22,868 nucleotides of DNA from Trichinella spiralis (lineage: Eukaryota). The stretch spans positions 1,162,029 through 1,184,896 of the forward strand of contig NW_003526947.1 of assembly GCF_000181795.1 (NCBI RefSeq), in the 5' to 3' direction. Both the position numbers and the translations under genes were made by a program. Positions 21,050 to 22,868 of the stretch are shown in pieces. Each line of letters starts with the position of its first letter. Within the stretch, counting starts at the first letter, position 1. The notes beneath the pieces were generated by a model, which was not told the origin of the DNA, searched no databases, and saw only the letters and a program-made list of their open reading frames with translations.

Positions 21050-22817
21050 AGAAGCACGTTTTCTCGAAAACTGCAAAATTTCATGGGCTATGGACTTGGC
21101 TGTTTTGCGAAAAACGGCGGATTGCTATTTTTCAAAATTTAGACGTTTTTTGATTGCTAGACTTTCACACTGATCGATGAAAATGTTATGCAGAGTTTCA
21201 TCGGCAACTGCCCAGTAATTGTGGAATTAATGGCTTCTAAATGTGGCGATTTGCCAGTCGAATATAATTCATCACCTCTACACTACCTTATTGATTCTGT
21301 GGAAGAGTCTTCATGCAAATTTTTATTTGTTTGTTCTTTGTACACTTATTTAGCTTAAGTTTCTCTGATTGATACTGAACTTCTTACGGCGTGTTTGCAA
21401 TGACTTTCTCGACATTTCGAAGCGGAAAATCCTGTATTAGCAGGTTTGGTATATCCTTATTGTTGTATGCTTTTTTAATTAATTTTTTCCATTTATAAAA
21501 CATGCTGTAGACCAGATGTATATGAACAAAGAGAAGATGTTGTTGTTATATCTTGAATTTTAATTTGAATTTCTGATAATATTTTTTTCTATAGTTTTCA
21601 TAAATGTGAGCTATAACTTATTGTGATGTTTATTAATCGGTGTAGTTTATTGTAATTATAAAATGTCTCACCCTAAGTAAAATATGTTATTTTAGTAAAT
21701 TGTGTAGCTTATCACATTTAAACATACTATTAGCGTAAGAACGTTTATACATCACGAACAATGTAATCAACAGTTATTCTGAGAGTAATGCTACTAATAG
21801 ATATTATTTACTATACATATAATTTCCTGTTTTTGAGATAAATTTTGTAATGCAAAACTATAATTCAGGTTCTCTTAAATTAAGAAGACATAAACATCAT
21901 ATGGTTGTAAGAAAATAATTAGCTTTGGTTATGTGCAATAGAATAATTGTAGATAACGGCTTATATATTTCATAAATGGGATTTGAATCTAATTAACGCG
22001 TGCTAATGTATGCCGTGTTGGAAAGCAATACGGAAGACGGAAGCTTTATTAGATAATATGGTTTTTAAATAGTCTAGAAATTTATTGAAAATTAATTAGA
22101 AAATTTAAAATACAACGTTAGTGCATTACTATGACTTTTCATTGCTAATTAATAAGTTAAATTGCACTGTTTAGAAAATGGCATTCTTTTTTCAGTTTAA
22201 GCGACTGTTGTAACTTTTCATATATGTTTGAAAAACATTGATTAGAATGCTTCAAACAATGGAATAGCAAAAATGAGATGTAATGTATTACATTAGAAAC
22301 TAATAAGATTTTCTAATTCCATAATTGTAACTAATCGTCAAATGTTTCGAAACTAATATAATATTGCGTAAGTACAAAGAAAAGATTCATGGCAAGAATT
22401 TTTTTGTTATTGTATCGAATGTATTACAATTCTACTAATTTATCTTTTTTGACGATCACTTGAATGGAATTCTTGAAATTATTACTTCTAAATGAATAAA
22501 TTGAAAAAAAGTTGTTTCAATACGGGTTGAGATGTGCATACAATCTTTCAGTTGTTAGTTTTCCACTGACTTATCTCATTTAATCGACCAGTAGAAAGGA
22601 ATTTTTCAAACTGTTGCTGCCAATATTTATTAACACCTCAGAGTCTTATCGTATGCTGACTGCACGCTTGATAATTTCGAAAAACAATCATATCGTTGAA
22701 TTCTGCGCCGTTCATTATCTCAATTATTCATTGGGCATCTCATTGATACCAAGCATGTCGCTGTTTGATTGCATTTTTGCCCAGTACATCATACTGAAAT
22801 CACGCTTATGCAAATAA
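21050..22817 (+). pseudogene. Probable decayed BTB/POZ-BACK domain gene
   Basis: After an acceptor ending at 21049 the frame reads EARFLENCKISWAMDLAVLRKTADCYFSKF (resembles BTB HxxVLAxxSxYF). After a frame change near 21160 it reads LHYLIDSVEESSCKFL (resembles KYxIxxLxxxCxxFL), then YTYLA*VSLIDTELLTACLQ*LSRHFE (BACK-like, stops at 21356 and 21401). A phase-1 donor at 21444 joins the acceptor ending at 22551 to give VLAVVSFPLTYLI* (resembles VRFPL), continuing into ORF 22614-22817. Similarity judged by eye only. Confidence 0.4.
21700..22530 (+). repeat. Diverged direct repeat, copy B
   Basis: Same anchors as copy A. It lies inside the putative intron 21444-22551. Ends approximate. Confidence 0.8.
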
Positions 22818-22868
22818 GCTTTAGATGTTGTATTTTGTCAAAATAATTAATTTCAAATGGTTAAAATA

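Noticed and set aside
22626..22793. Terminal exon of a minus-strand gene entering from the right (TTTCAG acceptor near 22794, AATAAA at 22631-22626)
   Set aside because: Only very short open frames and no recognisable product; it cannot be supported without downstream sequence.

Overview
AT-rich eukaryotic genomic DNA with many short (about 45-70 nt) GT-AG introns and frequent TTTCAG-type acceptors. This looks like a nematode, and the composition and intron style suggest a clade I parasite such as Trichinella (inference, not provable from this window). Manual splicing gives seven genes: the 3' end of an alpha-carbonic anhydrase (+), a 4-coumarate-CoA ligase/luciferase-like acyl-CoA synthetase (+), an alpha-arrestin (+), PRRC1 (-), a divergent DDX18/Has1 DEAD-box helicase (+), mitochondrial ATP synthase F1 delta (-) and YIPF1 (+). 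The last five alternate strand and are tightly packed. The final 5 kb looks like a decaying tandem-duplicated region, with a probable BTB/BACK-like pseudogene, a diverged direct repeat, an in-frame micro-exon chain and a GC-rich island with an A-rich tail. I found no clearly new multi-gene system. The best leads are the DEFD/GAT helicase with an 84-nt coding duplication, the arrestin tail with two PSAP and one PPxY motif, the PTS1-like end of the acyl-CoA ligase, TACAGTA motifs in both bidirectional promoters, and the micro-exon/BTB relic region. All exon boundaries were read by eye and have no transcript support.
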